64,000 nt of DNA from Candidatus Binatia bacterium (lineage in GTDB: Bacteria > Desulfobacterota > Binatia > UBA9968 > CAXXLF01). The notes below the pieces were generated by a model. It searched no databases and was not told where the DNA came from. It was given only the letters and a program-made list of their open reading frames with translations. Below are positions 1-10,032 of the stretch, piece after piece (position 1 is the stretch's first letter; each line of letters opens with the position of its first letter). The stretch spans positions 800,001 through 864,000 of the forward strand of contig CAXXLF010000002.1 of NCBI GenBank assembly GCA_963664015.2, given 5' to 3'. The position numbers and the translations under genes were made by a program.

Positions 1-302
1 CGAGCGGCCCCCCAAGTCTAGTACCGAAGGAAGAGGCTCGACCCAAAAATAAATTAAGACCCAGCGATTACCTGCGGAGAAACGTCAACTTTACCATCGA
101 GACGGAGGAGCCTGAACTGGTGGAAGCAATCAATTTCCTTGGGGCTGAGCGATACCTCTATGCAACGGACTACCCCCACGATGATCCCGGGGGACTCATG
201 AAATGGCAAGACAGAGACCTCTTCGAGTCCAACAAAGAGATCTCACAGCCCGACAAAGACATGATCAAGTATTTGAACGCCCAGAAACTATTCCGCCTAT
301 GA
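1..302 (+). CDS. Amidohydrolase_2 family protein, C-terminal part (runs off the window start)
   Basis: Frame open from position 3: ...LRPSDYLRRNVNFTIETEEPELVEAINFLGAERYLYATDYPHDD...NAQKLF, the typical amidohydrolase C-terminus with the (S/T)DYPH motif. Confidence 0.85.
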   Translation, partial: SGPPSLVPKEEARPKNKLRPSDYLRRNVNFTIETEEPELVEAINFLGAERYLYATDYPHDDPGGLMKWQDRDLFESNKEISQPDKDMIKYLNAQKLFRL

Positions 303-529
303 AAAAGCAACAGGACTTCTTATCGAAGACATTGCCATGTTACGGCTGGGCTAGCCCCTGCAACCCCCCCCTCCAAAACATCGGCGGCCCTTTGAGGAGA
401 CAACGCATTTGGATAAGTTCGACAAGAATAATCTTCGCGACGTGCGAAAGTCTATCGAGAGCTACGGAAAGGGATAGGGTCGGCTGTAGGTGACGGACGT
501 GGGATCTTAAGGCCCGCAGGATTTAAATT

Positions 530-971
530 TCAAGATTGCCCCGTCAGGACGAGCTCTGTCTGTCGTATGATCTCAGTCGCGGTAGCACGATCATGGCGAA
601 AGAAGCCGCGCCACCGTCCGCATGCGCGTACTCTTCCGTGTGACTCGATCCAATCGAACCTCGATCAACCGGTCAGTTGCCTTCCTCTCGATGATCTCAC
701 CGCGGGTGGTTGTCTCATCACTACCCTGAACCCGAATGCCCATGCGTTTCAGCGCCACTATAGCGGCGCGGCGTACCCTCGGGAGCGGGGCCGTCAGGGT
801 GCGGGACGCAACGCCGCTCAGGGAATAGCCCACCGCAGTCTCTCCGGCAACCCCAACGCTCGCCCCCAGCAGGGCGATGGCAATGGCGGCGCAGCCGTTC
901 AGGCTTAGAAGCGCTACCATAGTTACAATTAAAATAACTCTTTGGATCCAGTGATAACGTTGTCTTGGCAT
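530..971 (-). pseudogene. DUF3568-like lipoprotein, frameshifted near 610
   Basis: Lipobox LNGC; the ORF stops at RTVARLLSP*, while the expected C-terminus RGFFRHDRATATEIIRQTELVLTGQS* continues in another frame to 530. Confidence 0.65.
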
Positions 972-1015
972 CGGTCAACCGATTGGCCGAGATATCCCTC
1001 AAGCTGCCCTTAGGA

Positions 1016-1032
1016 TGCCAAATTCATGCCAA
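1016..1032 (-). promoter_or_regulatory. Putative sigma54 (-24/-12) promoter
   Basis: TTGGCATGAATTTGGCA on the minus strand has exact GG-N10-GC spacing, 45 bp upstream of the lipoprotein start. Confidence 0.5.
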
Positions 1033-1199
1033 CATCCGAAATCGCTAAATAACCGCTAATAAATCAATAGGGTCCAGCCCATTAGGAGACGAGTCGTCCC
1101 AGCGATAGGAAATTATGCGTATAATTGAACAGTTGACGTGGCCCCTAAATTTGGGACCACGCCAGAGATCAGGAGGAATTGGGGTTCTTCAGATTCGAG

Positions 1200-2060
1200 C
1201 TATGAGCTAAAGAAGTCCTTCATCAGTTTCCCAACTACCTGGGGCTGGTCGTTCTGCACCTGGTGACCCGCCTGGGGGATGTAATGAAACTTGATGTTCG
1301 GCAGGAGCTTCTCCAACTGATGACCGAGATCTACAGGTGCAAAGTTGTCCTGCTCACCCCAGATAAACTGGGTAGGAATAGGCAACCTGGGCAGCAGATG
1401 GTTCATTTCATACTTGAAACGTAAATTCGGGTCATTTGTGAGGCGTTGCATCCCAGCGGCAAAGCTCTTTCGGGCCTCGGCGGCGCCCGGCCGGTTGGCG
1501 GCGTTGTTACGGAGTTCAACCAGCTCATCGGTCACGATGGATTTGTTGAACACCAATACCTCCAGCATACGCCGCATGGATTCCGGGGTCCCGTCGTACG
1601 CTTGCAGCGCACGCATACCGTCCGTGGGAGGAACTTTAAGTCCCATTGCAATAGAAATAGTAGCGCTAGCCACGAGCATGAGTTTGCGGACGCGTTCAGG
1701 ATGCTGGATAGCGTATTTGGCTGCAACCCAGGCTCCCTGCGAATTGCCCGACAAAAATATCTGGTCCAGACAAAGGTTATCGATAAAGGCCTCTAACTGG
1801 TCCACCCGTGTCTGAACGCCTTCGGAAGCCGGATAATAGGGATCCGTCTCTCCAAATCCGCCAACACTGTCAGGGGCATATACCTGATAATCACCGGCCA
1901 GCTCCTCAATGAGTTTCCCAAAGCCGGCCTCACCGGAAGATCCCGCACCGCCTCCGTGGCAAAGCACGACCGGTGGACCATTATGGCCCGCCTCCGAATA
2001 ATGGGTCTTGATATGCCCTGCCATGACGTATCTGGATCGGATTCTAGAATCAGACATCAT
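1200..2060 (-). CDS. Alpha/beta hydrolase, meta-cleavage-product (MhpC/BphD-like) family
   Basis: HGGGAG oxyanion motif, GNSQG nucleophile elbow, WGEQD and AGH catalytic motifs. Confidence 0.8.
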   Translation of the reverse strand: MMSDSRIRSRYVMAGHIKTHYSEAGHNGPPVVLCHGGGAGSSGEAGFGKLIEELAGDYQVYAPDSVGGFGETDPYYPASEGVQTRVDQLEAFIDNLCLDQIFLSGNSQGAWVAAKYAIQHPERVRKLMLVASATISIAMGLKVPPTDGMRALQAYDGTPESMRRMLEVLVFNKSIVTDELVELRNNAANRPGAAEARKSFAAGMQRLTNDPNLRFKYEMNHLLPRLPIPTQFIWGEQDNFAPVDLGHQLEKLLPNIKFHYIPQAGHQVQNDQPQVVGKLMKDFFSS

Positions 2061-2319
2061 TTACCCCCTATTTCACCGTAGATATCAGTCAACAAGATTG
2101 CTTGTCTTCATGGTGTAAAAACAAGCTCTACATACTAATGGCAAATGCCCGCATGAGCGAATGGCTTCAAAGGCCAGACTGAATCTCTAATAAAGTCGGA
2201 AATCGATGTCAATAGGGACAGCGTTGGGTGTCCGATTACGAGTGGAATGGAACTAAATGTGCCGGTGCCCTTAGTCATACCATTGGCCGATAACCGTTCC
2301 CCTCTCGGGGAAAGCAGGA

Positions 2320-2523
2320 TCATCGATGGTGGTCTGTCATCAGGTAGTTCGTCCCCGGTTTTGGCACGATGTTTTCCCCATCCATAATGTAATCTTTTGG
2401 AATGTCTACCCGTAGAGAATATGCATCCACGTGTCTCTGCCAAGCGGCTTGCCCCTTACGGAATACAATATCTTAGCTGCGCCTAACACCAAGACGAATC
2501 CTCCAAAATTACTTATCGCTCAT
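2320..2523 (-). pseudogene. Remnant of an ABC solute-binding protein (start fused to C-terminal end)
   Basis: ATG at 2523 just after the ABC ATPase stop, followed by stops, then RKGQAAWQRHVDAYSLRVDIPKD...VPKPGTNY, resembling the SLRI(D/E)IPKD C-terminus also seen in the 6560-7081 remnant. Confidence 0.45.
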
Positions 2524-2527
2524 CGGT

Positions 2528-3730
2528 TTACTTATTGTGCCAGTCCGACGGCCAGGCGCTGTGTCCTTCAGGCCGTAACTTCAGCCATACTTTTTTCCCC
2601 TCGTCCACGGGTTCGTGACGCTCTCCGTAGATCATGATGATCCCCTGCCCGTCGACCTCAACCTGGTACTCGATTCGTTCGCCGATAAACAGCGCAGCTA
2701 GCACCTTTCCTCCGATCATCCCCGAGGGCGCCTCAGACGCCGCGGCAGGGAGGATCTCTGTATCTTCGGGTCGGACCGCCATAAAAACGGACTCGCCGGC
2801 CTGAAGCCCACCGGGATTGTAATTGCGCCCAAAGACAACGCAGTCCGGCGCACCGTCGACAGCGATGGCCATTTGCCCCGAGGGGTTGCTGCTCTGTACT
2901 TTACCCTGGAACAACAGGGTCCGGCCGACAAAGTCCCGCACGAATTCGTTGGCGGGCTCTTCGTAGAGCATACGTGGATTACCCTGCTGCTGCACGACAC
3001 CGAAATTCATCAGCGCAATGCGATTGGACATACTGAGCGCCTCGATCTGGTCGTGGGTGACAAACAGCACAGCAATGTTGAGCCGTTTTTGCAGAAGCTT
3101 CACCTCTAGGCGCATCTGCTCGCGGAGCTTGGCATCCAGGTTGCTAAAGGGTTCATCCAGCAGCAACACCCGAGGCTCGGTCACCAGCGCCCGTGCCAGG
3201 GCCACCCGCTGTTGCTGCCCGCCGCTCAGCAGCGGTCCCGGGCGTTTCTCAAATCCCTCCATACCGACCAGCTCCAGGACCCGGGCCACGCGATCACCGA
3301 TTTCCCGCCGCGGAAATTTACGTGACTTGAGCGGGAACATGACGTTTTCCTCGACTGACATGTGGGGCCAAATGGCATAGGATTGGAACACCATTCCCAC
3401 GTTCCGCTTGTCTGGTGGGAGGCATGTTCGGTCCGAGGTCATGACGACAACACGGTCGCCAAAAAAGATATTGCCCGCATCGGGGATCTCGAGGCCCGCC
3501 ACCATACGCAGCGTAGTACTCTTACCGCACCCGCTTGGACCCAGCAACGTCATAACCTCGCCGTCATAAACATCCAGAGAGAGGTCCTGTACCGCCGCCT
3601 GGGATGCCCCGGGATAGGTCTTCCATAGCCCCTCCAGTCGCACGGCAATCCCGGCCTCACCACGGTCTTCCAGTCCTCCGCCGGGGGTTGCCGACACAGG
3701 CACTTCAGGTGTTGAGAAATTCTTTGACAT
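2528..3730 (-). CDS. ABC transporter ATP-binding protein (PotA/FbpC type, TOBE domain)
   Basis: Walker A GPSGCGKS, LSGGQQQR signature, LLLDEP Walker B, VTHDQ switch. Confidence 0.93.
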   Translation of the reverse strand: MSKNFSTPEVPVSATPGGGLEDRGEAGIAVRLEGLWKTYPGASQAAVQDLSLDVYDGEVMTLLGPSGCGKSTTLRMVAGLEIPDAGNIFFGDRVVVMTSDRTCLPPDKRNVGMVFQSYAIWPHMSVEENVMFPLKSRKFPRREIGDRVARVLELVGMEGFEKRPGPLLSGGQQQRVALARALVTEPRVLLLDEPFSNLDAKLREQMRLEVKLLQKRLNIAVLFVTHDQIEALSMSNRIALMNFGVVQQQGNPRMLYEEPANEFVRDFVGRTLLFQGKVQSSNPSGQMAIAVDGAPDCVVFGRNYNPGGLQAGESVFMAVRPEDTEILPAAASEAPSGMIGGKVLAALFIGERIEYQVEVDGQGIIMIYGERHEPVDEGKKVWLKLRPEGHSAWPSDWHNK

Positions 3731-4039
3731 GATGTTATTTGTCTCCTTGCTTGGTTTCGATAGATCCCCGCGACGGACCCTCCCGTGCGGCCGTACTCAC
3801 CCGGCGCCCGCTGTGCCTGTAATCAGCAGGACCAACAGCCCGCTAAAAACAAACACCATCAGGTTTAAGATAATCCCCATGACCTTCAATTGCGCTAACG
3901 TGATTGAACCATATATATTCCTAAGCATCTTGTATTCCCCCTATCAATTCTTTAATTATGTCCGCTCCTTATGAGAGAACTAGAAAGGAATGAAGCCTCC
4001 ATAAGTATTTACTCTCTTGGTCTTCTCCGAAAGCAGTTA

Positions 4040-4090
4040 AAAACAAAAACGCCAGCTCACCCCGGCGAATGTTTACAAAGGATAGCTGGT
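4040..4090 (-). terminator. Putative intrinsic terminator in the upstream leader
   Basis: Minus strand CCAGCT...AGCTGG stem followed by CGTTTTTGTTTTT. Confidence 0.4.
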
Positions 4091-4254
4091 TTAAATTCCT
4101 CTTATGTATATCCCTCCAATACTCATGGGGGGCTCCATTAGGCCTCTAATTGATGCAAGGGCCTTACCAGCGCTGGCTGAGGCGCCTAAGGTTGGTTGTG
4201 TGGACACATATCATATAGGGAGTAGGTGTCAACTCCGCCGGGTGGGTGAAAATC

Positions 4255-4283
4255 TTGACTTCCCCAGAACTTCATATTACTAA
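4255..4283 (+). promoter_or_regulatory. Putative sigma70 promoter of the HDO gene
   Basis: TTGACT-N17-TACTAA, followed by a GGGAGGT Shine-Dalgarno before ATG 4311. Confidence 0.45.
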
Positions 4284-4310
4284 AGACAATGAAAGGGAGG
4301 TGTCCGTAAA

Positions 4311-5135
4311 ATGGCACTCCAGGAAACAAATCAAGAAAAACGATTGAGCCGGGAAGAGTGTTGGGAACTGGTTAACGAGTCTGTCAATGCGGCATTGAAG
4401 CAAGCCTTTGAACAGATCTTTACCCACCCTTTCACCCAGGAACTCAAGGATGGAACATTACCGATGGAGTGCATCCGGGGCTGGCTCCTGAACACGTATG
4501 CCTGGTCCCTTGAAATTAATATGTCGCTTCCCTACCGGTACTACCTCTTCAATCACATGCTCAATCAGAGACCAGACCTCCTGGAGCTCCTGGCAGACCG
4601 CTATGCGGACGAGTTCGTCACCCCCGTTCGAGGCGGGCATCAACGCACGCTGGACGCCTTCGGTCAGGCCATCGGCCTGGACAGAAAAACACTCCACGAA
4701 TACAAGCCCCTGGCGGCCATGAGAAGCATGCTGGATTCCACCGTCTGGGCGCTGGAAGTCAACTTGGATTTCGGCATTGGAAACACCACCGAGGAATGGT
4801 TCGGCAAGTGGTGTTGGATCTGGTACCAGAGTTTGACCAAGAACTATGGCCTCAGCGACAATGGTGCCTACTACTTCCGGCTCCATTCTGAAGCCGACAA
4901 CTTCGGTGAGCACGAGGGCGGAGAAGTGATCGGTCACGAGGTCATGGGTCATGCGGAGGGGAATCGGTATATCACCGTGCGCATGATCGAGGACGGTTTC
5001 GTAAAACCGGACGAGATCAAAGGGCTCGTCTTGCGTTCCAGCAGCGTAGAGCGTTACCTGAGTTTTCTCGATGCCGTCTATTACACCTACCATCCGGCCA
5101 AAAAGGTCGGCGAGGTTGAACAGCTCCTTCGTTAG
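4311..5135 (+). CDS. TenA/PqqC/CADD-like heme-oxygenase-fold diiron enzyme (HDO)
   Basis: N-terminal HPF, ADE...GGH, TEE and YFRLHSEAD..EH metal-ligand pattern; strong RBS. Confidence 0.7.
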   Translation: MALQETNQEKRLSREECWELVNESVNAALKQAFEQIFTHPFTQELKDGTLPMECIRGWLLNTYAWSLEINMSLPYRYYLFNHMLNQRPDLLELLADRYADEFVTPVRGGHQRTLDAFGQAIGLDRKTLHEYKPLAAMRSMLDSTVWALEVNLDFGIGNTTEEWFGKWCWIWYQSLTKNYGLSDNGAYYFRLHSEADNFGEHEGGEVIGHEVMGHAEGNRYITVRMIEDGFVKPDEIKGLVLRSSSVERYLSFLDAVYYTYHPAKKVGEVEQLLR

Positions 5136-5254
5136 ATCCGATCGTTTTTAGTCGCCCCTTGACATACCGCTTTGGCCGGAGCTAGCTTCGCGCTTCAGCT
5201 TTTATCGGGTTTCTGACTAAAAGTTCTTATTCCAATTACGACCAGGAGGCCGCC

Positions 5255-5788
5255 ATGGAGGCTAAAGGTATCATTTCCGACGCGTTCGGTAGGATCAGTG
5301 AATCTCTTCACAAGGCATTATCCGACCTCAACGTGAAAGAACTCCACCGGGAACCGAACCCGCCCATCGGTTGGCTGGCCTGGCGCTTGACCCGGTCTGA
5401 CGACAGCCAGCTCTCGCGTTTGGCAGGGCTAGAGCAGACCTGGATAGCGGAAGGCTGGCACTCCCGCTTTAACTTACCGCCAAATCCTTCCGATTTCGGC
5501 CCCGGTCTCTCCCACACTCGCGAGCAGGTCGCTGCCTTTCGGGCTCCCGATGCCAAAACCCTGTTGGATTACTATGACAGGGTCATGGAGCGGTGTCGGC
5601 CCTACCTGGAGGCCCTGACGCCTCAAGAACTTGACCGCGTACTCAACGAGCCCCGTTTCCAGCCACTACCATCCGTCGCGATCCGCCTCGTGAGCATCCT
5701 GCATTCGGACACGCAAATCAGTGGGCAGATCGGCTATCTACGCAGCTTGCACCGTATTGGTGGTTGGTTTCCTAGAGAAGGCGCCTGA
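5255..5788 (+). CDS. DinB/DinB_2 family protein
   Basis: NPPIGWLAWRLTR..D, W..RF.LP, RLVSIL.SD.Q.SGQIGYLR pattern; the usual metal-binding histidines appear replaced. Confidence 0.75.
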   Translation: MEAKGIISDAFGRISESLHKALSDLNVKELHREPNPPIGWLAWRLTRSDDSQLSRLAGLEQTWIAEGWHSRFNLPPNPSDFGPGLSHTREQVAAFRAPDAKTLLDYYDRVMERCRPYLEALTPQELDRVLNEPRFQPLPSVAIRLVSILHSDTQISGQIGYLRSLHRIGGWFPREGA

Positions 5789-5843
5789 GCTGGAGTCCCC
5801 CAAGTAAAAAGAATCTCTGTTACGGAATCCTGAAAAATCCCCA

Positions 5844-6039
5844 GGGCCACGCTTCTAAAATAATGTGGCCCCTTTTCTGCTGGCTCTCTTTCGTTGACGT
5901 CTTTAAAACTCTCCTGCTGAGGCCACCTCCGGGAATTTGTCAATCCGGATTCGCCCCGGAGCGGCTCTGGGATTGGCTTTGCTCGGTGTTTTGCTACCAG
6001 GACTCAATGAATGAGCTATTTAAACGCGGCTTGCGGGCC
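5844..6039 (+). repeat. Cassette junction J3 (hairpin + degenerate tRNA-Asn 3' core + WLSFVDVFKTLLLRP stub + conserved arm)
   Basis: GGGCCAC..GTGGCCC hairpin, TGGCTCTCT at 5881, and 5929-6039 aligns to 10851-10957. Confidence 0.8.
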
Positions 6040-6302
6040 GTTAGAAAGAAAACGGCGGCCCGTTGTGGACCGCCGCATGATGAACAACCAATATACGCAA
6101 CTAGGTACAACAACAGCTTGGATAGGTTCGCAGAGAATACTCTAAGTGGCTACCCAAGCGGTTTTTTGTCACACGTGTCACCTTTTCCGTATCCATCAGA
6201 GTCCTTCGGAGTTTGAAGACCAATAACGCGTAGAACGTTTTTCCCTTCGACTGGGAAGGCTTCCATGGTTTCAGCTTGAACGAAGATGGACGATTCTGCA
6301 AT

Positions 6303-6543
6303 TCAGAAGGCCGTGAGACCGAGCCAGCCTCCCCAAGCGATGAGTAGTAGGCCAGTTCCTCTTCCGAACGCGACACCTGCGGGCATCATTTTTTCTGCGA
6401 GAACGAACAACGCGAGGCCAATGATCCAAATCAGGTTCATTACGCCCCCATAGAACATGAGGGCCATTAGAAACCAACAACAGCCCAAGCAGAATACGCC
6501 GTGCTCAATGCCCATCCTGAACGCCTCCCCGACACCAGGGCGC
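6303..6543 (-). pseudogene. C-terminal fragment of a DUF2182 metal-binding membrane protein
   Basis: RPGVGEAFRMGIEHGVFCLGCCWFLMALMFYGGVMNL..I...LAEK family motif; N-terminal part absent. Confidence 0.75.
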
Positions 6544-6559
6544 CTGGTCCGGAATCTAG

Positions 6560-7081
6560 CCCAATGAAATTCTATTACGACAACCCCAAACTCGGCCCGG
6601 ATTTCTTAAAGCGCCTCTTTGGCGAAACGGATATGACCTTTTACCGGGATTTTCGTAGCGGGACGGACTGGCTGTCCCGAGGTAGGATTGCCGTATGCTT
6701 TTTGCAGTGGTATAAGCAGAGCCAGGAGCCAGGGGCTTCCAGTGGACCAGTTTGGAACCATGAAAGAAGGTGCGGCCCTTGTTTCCTTTCATGGTAGTTT
6801 AGCCCTCGTAAATAAAGCTCCCCACCCAAACGCGGCCAAGGTCTTCATCAACTGTTTTCTCTCCCGGGAGGGGGCAGATTGCCCTGCAGAAGGCGTTAGC
6901 TAATTTAGGGGATGACCCTCCGAATTCCCTACGCATCGAAATCCCAAAGGACTCTGGTCCACTCATAAGGCGCAGGATGAAGCGGGGAACGTATATAGAT
7001 CTGGAATCCGGCGGAGGAGTCGATAACAAGCCTCCCTTGAGGATCTTAAATGATATCCTGGTAAAGATGAATAAGAGATAA
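6560..7081 (+). pseudogene. C-terminal half of an ABC solute-binding protein, frameshifted
   Basis: Pieces in different frames: FYYDNPKLGPDFLKRLF...TDWLSRG, KAPHPNAAKVFINCFLSREG, NSLRIEIPKD; no N-terminus. Confidence 0.75.
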
Positions 7082-7208
7082 CGGTCCGGTCGAATTTGTC
7101 AGCCACGTATCAACGGAGATGGAGTAACACCGGTCGGCGACAAACATCCTAAGGGTGGACAAGCGAGACCTCGGGTAATCCCGATACCTCGAAGTGGAGG
7201 GGAAGCAT

Positions 7209-8381
7209 ATGGAGCGTAAAAATTCCGAAGGAACCCAGGCACAGTTTAAATACCAACAGTTCATAGAAGGCGAGGGCATACCCATTCATAGGGGGATCTC
7301 GGGGGTCGATGACGTTACCGCACTTCCGCGCCGACCCTGGGCTCGAACAGGCGGCCTGGGAACCTTCATCGAACTGACGAGCACCTTCCAATCGGAGCGC
7401 GGCATGTTCGTGTGTGAGATTCCCGGCGGCAAAACACTGGAAGTTCAGCACCACCTTTACGAACAATTGACGCTCATCCTGGAGGGTCGAGGAGCCACCG
7501 AGATCTGGCAAGAGAATGGGCCCAAGCAAATGTTCGAGTGGGGGCCAGGAAGCCTTTTCGCTCCACCGAAAAACACCTACTACCGGCTACACAACGGTGG
7601 ACCGGAACCCGTGGTTTTTTTCGCGATCACCACCGCACCGAGGATCATAAACGGTTTAAACGAGGTCGATTTCGTCTTCAACTGCAAGCATAACTTCACA
7701 GATCTTTACAATGGCCAGGAGGATTATTTCAACCAGACGCAAGATCGCGTTACAGGAGGACGTTACAATACCACCACCTGGTACACGAATTTCATTAGTG
7801 ATGTGAATCGGGAGAACGTAGACGCCCACGAGCAAAAGGTGGCAGGCGGTCAGCTTACAGGCTACCGGATGGCCGGACAGTTCCCAACGGGCCATATTTC
7901 CGAATGGCCGATGGGCAGATACCACAAGGCCCATTACCACCGCCCCGGCGCCGTCCTCGTGGGCCTTAAAGGTAAAGGCTACGTCAACCTGTGGCCCAAG
8001 GAGTTGGGAATCCACCCATGGCAGGACGGACACGGGGACAAGGTCGTCCTGGTCCAATGGGGAGCGAACAGCATTTACAGCCCTCCGGACGGCTGGTTCC
8101 ACCAGCACATGAGCACGGGCAAGGTGCCCGCGCGCCATGTGGCATGCTACGGCGGGACCAACCCGCTTGCATGGACTCGGGATCCAGATGGAAGCAACGT
8201 GATGATTCCTGTGCGCGAGGGAGGGCAGCTTATTGACTATGAAGACGAGGATCCGGAGGTCCGGCGGTACTTTACCGATGCCAACGGGAGAGAAGGCGTG
8301 AAATGCGCGATGCCACAGGTCAAGTTCCGTACCGATCCACTTCCTCCTGTAGCCCTCGCCAGACTCGGGATTCGGGGGTAG
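7209..8381 (+). CDS. Bicupin protein (gentisate 1,2-dioxygenase-like superfamily, substrate unknown)
   Basis: Two cupin motifs: HHLYE...G.G.T and YHKAHYH.PG...PPDGWFHQH. Confidence 0.75.
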   Translation: MERKNSEGTQAQFKYQQFIEGEGIPIHRGISGVDDVTALPRRPWARTGGLGTFIELTSTFQSERGMFVCEIPGGKTLEVQHHLYEQLTLILEGRGATEIWQENGPKQMFEWGPGSLFAPPKNTYYRLHNGGPEPVVFFAITTAPRIINGLNEVDFVFNCKHNFTDLYNGQEDYFNQTQDRVTGGRYNTTTWYTNFISDVNRENVDAHEQKVAGGQLTGYRMAGQFPTGHISEWPMGRYHKAHYHRPGAVLVGLKGKGYVNLWPKELGIHPWQDGHGDKVVLVQWGANSIYSPPDGWFHQHMSTGKVPARHVACYGGTNPLAWTRDPDGSNVMIPVREGGQLIDYEDEDPEVRRYFTDANGREGVKCAMPQVKFRTDPLPPVALARLGIRG

Positions 8382-8567
8382 GTTCTCCGCTCACATGGAT
8401 AATTTCTTGGACTTCCTGTTGACCCTATCAAGGGAAACCACATGGGCGCGATCTTAGGAATCGGATGCAACCACACGCTGCAACAGGCCTCGGGCATGGA
8501 TCGTTCGAGATATTTGCTTATCCGTCCTCGTCTTTAGAAATAACTCCGCCCGAATGCCTCGTTTTTA

Positions 8568-9710
8568 TCACAATGGGGTTCTGGACCCGGGGAAGGTGAT
8601 AATTTGGTTTTTTTCCGGATCGCGGACAAGAGCCATAGGCTCGCCTCCTCGCTCGACAATCTCGATCTGCTCGCGAAGGAGCTTTCGATACATCGTGATT
8701 CCCTCGTCCGTTGCACCTAGATTCTCCTTGCTCCGATCGAAGATACTTCCCTGAGTTTCCCAGGCCATGAAGTCCTGAGCGTGGAACAAGGTCATATCGT
8801 ACTCGCCTTCCGGAGTCCTCAGGTCCCAACGGATGACACGCGGCTCTTCGGGTTGTTCCACAACCCGACCGTCTTTGGAGGGTTTGAACACCATGAGATA
8901 GATCTGGGTATGGGTGTCGTCAATCGGTATACGCCAGTGCAGTGCCTCGGAAGGTCCCTTTGGAATCCGGAGGATATTAGGGAAAACAAGAGGTGGACGT
9001 ATTTCAATCTCCGGCTTGTCTCCGCCATACCTGCAGCTTTTCGTGATCCCCCATTCACAGTGTTCCCAGTCGTATTCCTCTATGGGCCGGTAGTAATACT
9101 CTCCTCCACTAAGACCTTTTTCGTGAAAGGTATGGCCGTGAAGGTAGTAAGTATGAATCGTGTCCACCGAATTCTCCATGGCCTGCAGCCAGTTGCAGTT
9201 GAGCACCGGGTCCACTTCGATCAAACGCGTTCCATCTGTCCTGGCGATCACATCCCAACGGGGTAGCAGCGGTTTTTTCTCAGGGGGCCCCATGTAGACA
9301 AAGATCATTCCGCACAGGCTCTCCAACGGATAGCTTGGATGACATATCTTGTGTTTGAATTCCGGATTGTTCTCGAAGGGCTGCTCGATACATTTCCCTT
9401 GAGCATCGTATTTCCAACCATGGTAAGGACATCGAATCCCGTCATCTTCCACGAAACCATAGTATAAGGATGTCCCCCTGTGAGAGCAGTGTTCGGCAAC
9501 GCAACCGTACTGAACCGCCTTCTCACCATTCTCTGTCGGGAGGCGAAAGACGACCAGTTCTTCACCCATGATCTGAACACGTTTCTTGGGGTTCTCCTTG
9601 GTAAGATCACTGACCAGGCAGATCGGATGCCAATAACGGCGCAATAATCTACCGCTAGGTGTATCAGGACCAATGCGGGTCAACATTTCATTCACTTCTT
9701 GATTAAGCAT
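8568..9710 (-). CDS. Rieske non-heme iron oxygenase alpha subunit (phthalate 4,5-dioxygenase/LigX-like)
   Basis: CSHRG...CPYHGW Rieske ligands, ENSVDTIHTYYLH iron ligands, QD.MAWETQG. Confidence 0.88.
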   Translation of the reverse strand: MLNQEVNEMLTRIGPDTPSGRLLRRYWHPICLVSDLTKENPKKRVQIMGEELVVFRLPTENGEKAVQYGCVAEHCSHRGTSLYYGFVEDDGIRCPYHGWKYDAQGKCIEQPFENNPEFKHKICHPSYPLESLCGMIFVYMGPPEKKPLLPRWDVIARTDGTRLIEVDPVLNCNWLQAMENSVDTIHTYYLHGHTFHEKGLSGGEYYYRPIEEYDWEHCEWGITKSCRYGGDKPEIEIRPPLVFPNILRIPKGPSEALHWRIPIDDTHTQIYLMVFKPSKDGRVVEQPEEPRVIRWDLRTPEGEYDMTLFHAQDFMAWETQGSIFDRSKENLGATDEGITMYRKLLREQIEIVERGGEPMALVRDPEKNQIITFPGSRTPL

Positions 9711-10032
9711 GCCTCACCCTCCTCTCGTGCAAAACGCTTCTCTCATCACGTTTATATAAAAGACGCGATATTATACCAGCAGTAGAACAATGCCATAAAC
9801 CGGCGGGGATTTTCCCACTGTGCCAAGTGTTTGTCAAGCATCCCATTGATTGGGTGTGAGGCTGTGAACATTTGATAAATGCAACGACTCTAAAGTATCA
9901 GAGGAGACCATAGGCTGAAGGCCGCGTGTCCATTTTCCCAGCGCGCTTCCTCATGTCATCAGTCGAGGAAATCAAGGACAGCCATATATAGAGATAAGGG
10001 CAACTACCGTCAGTAGGCTTAGGCTTTTCAAT

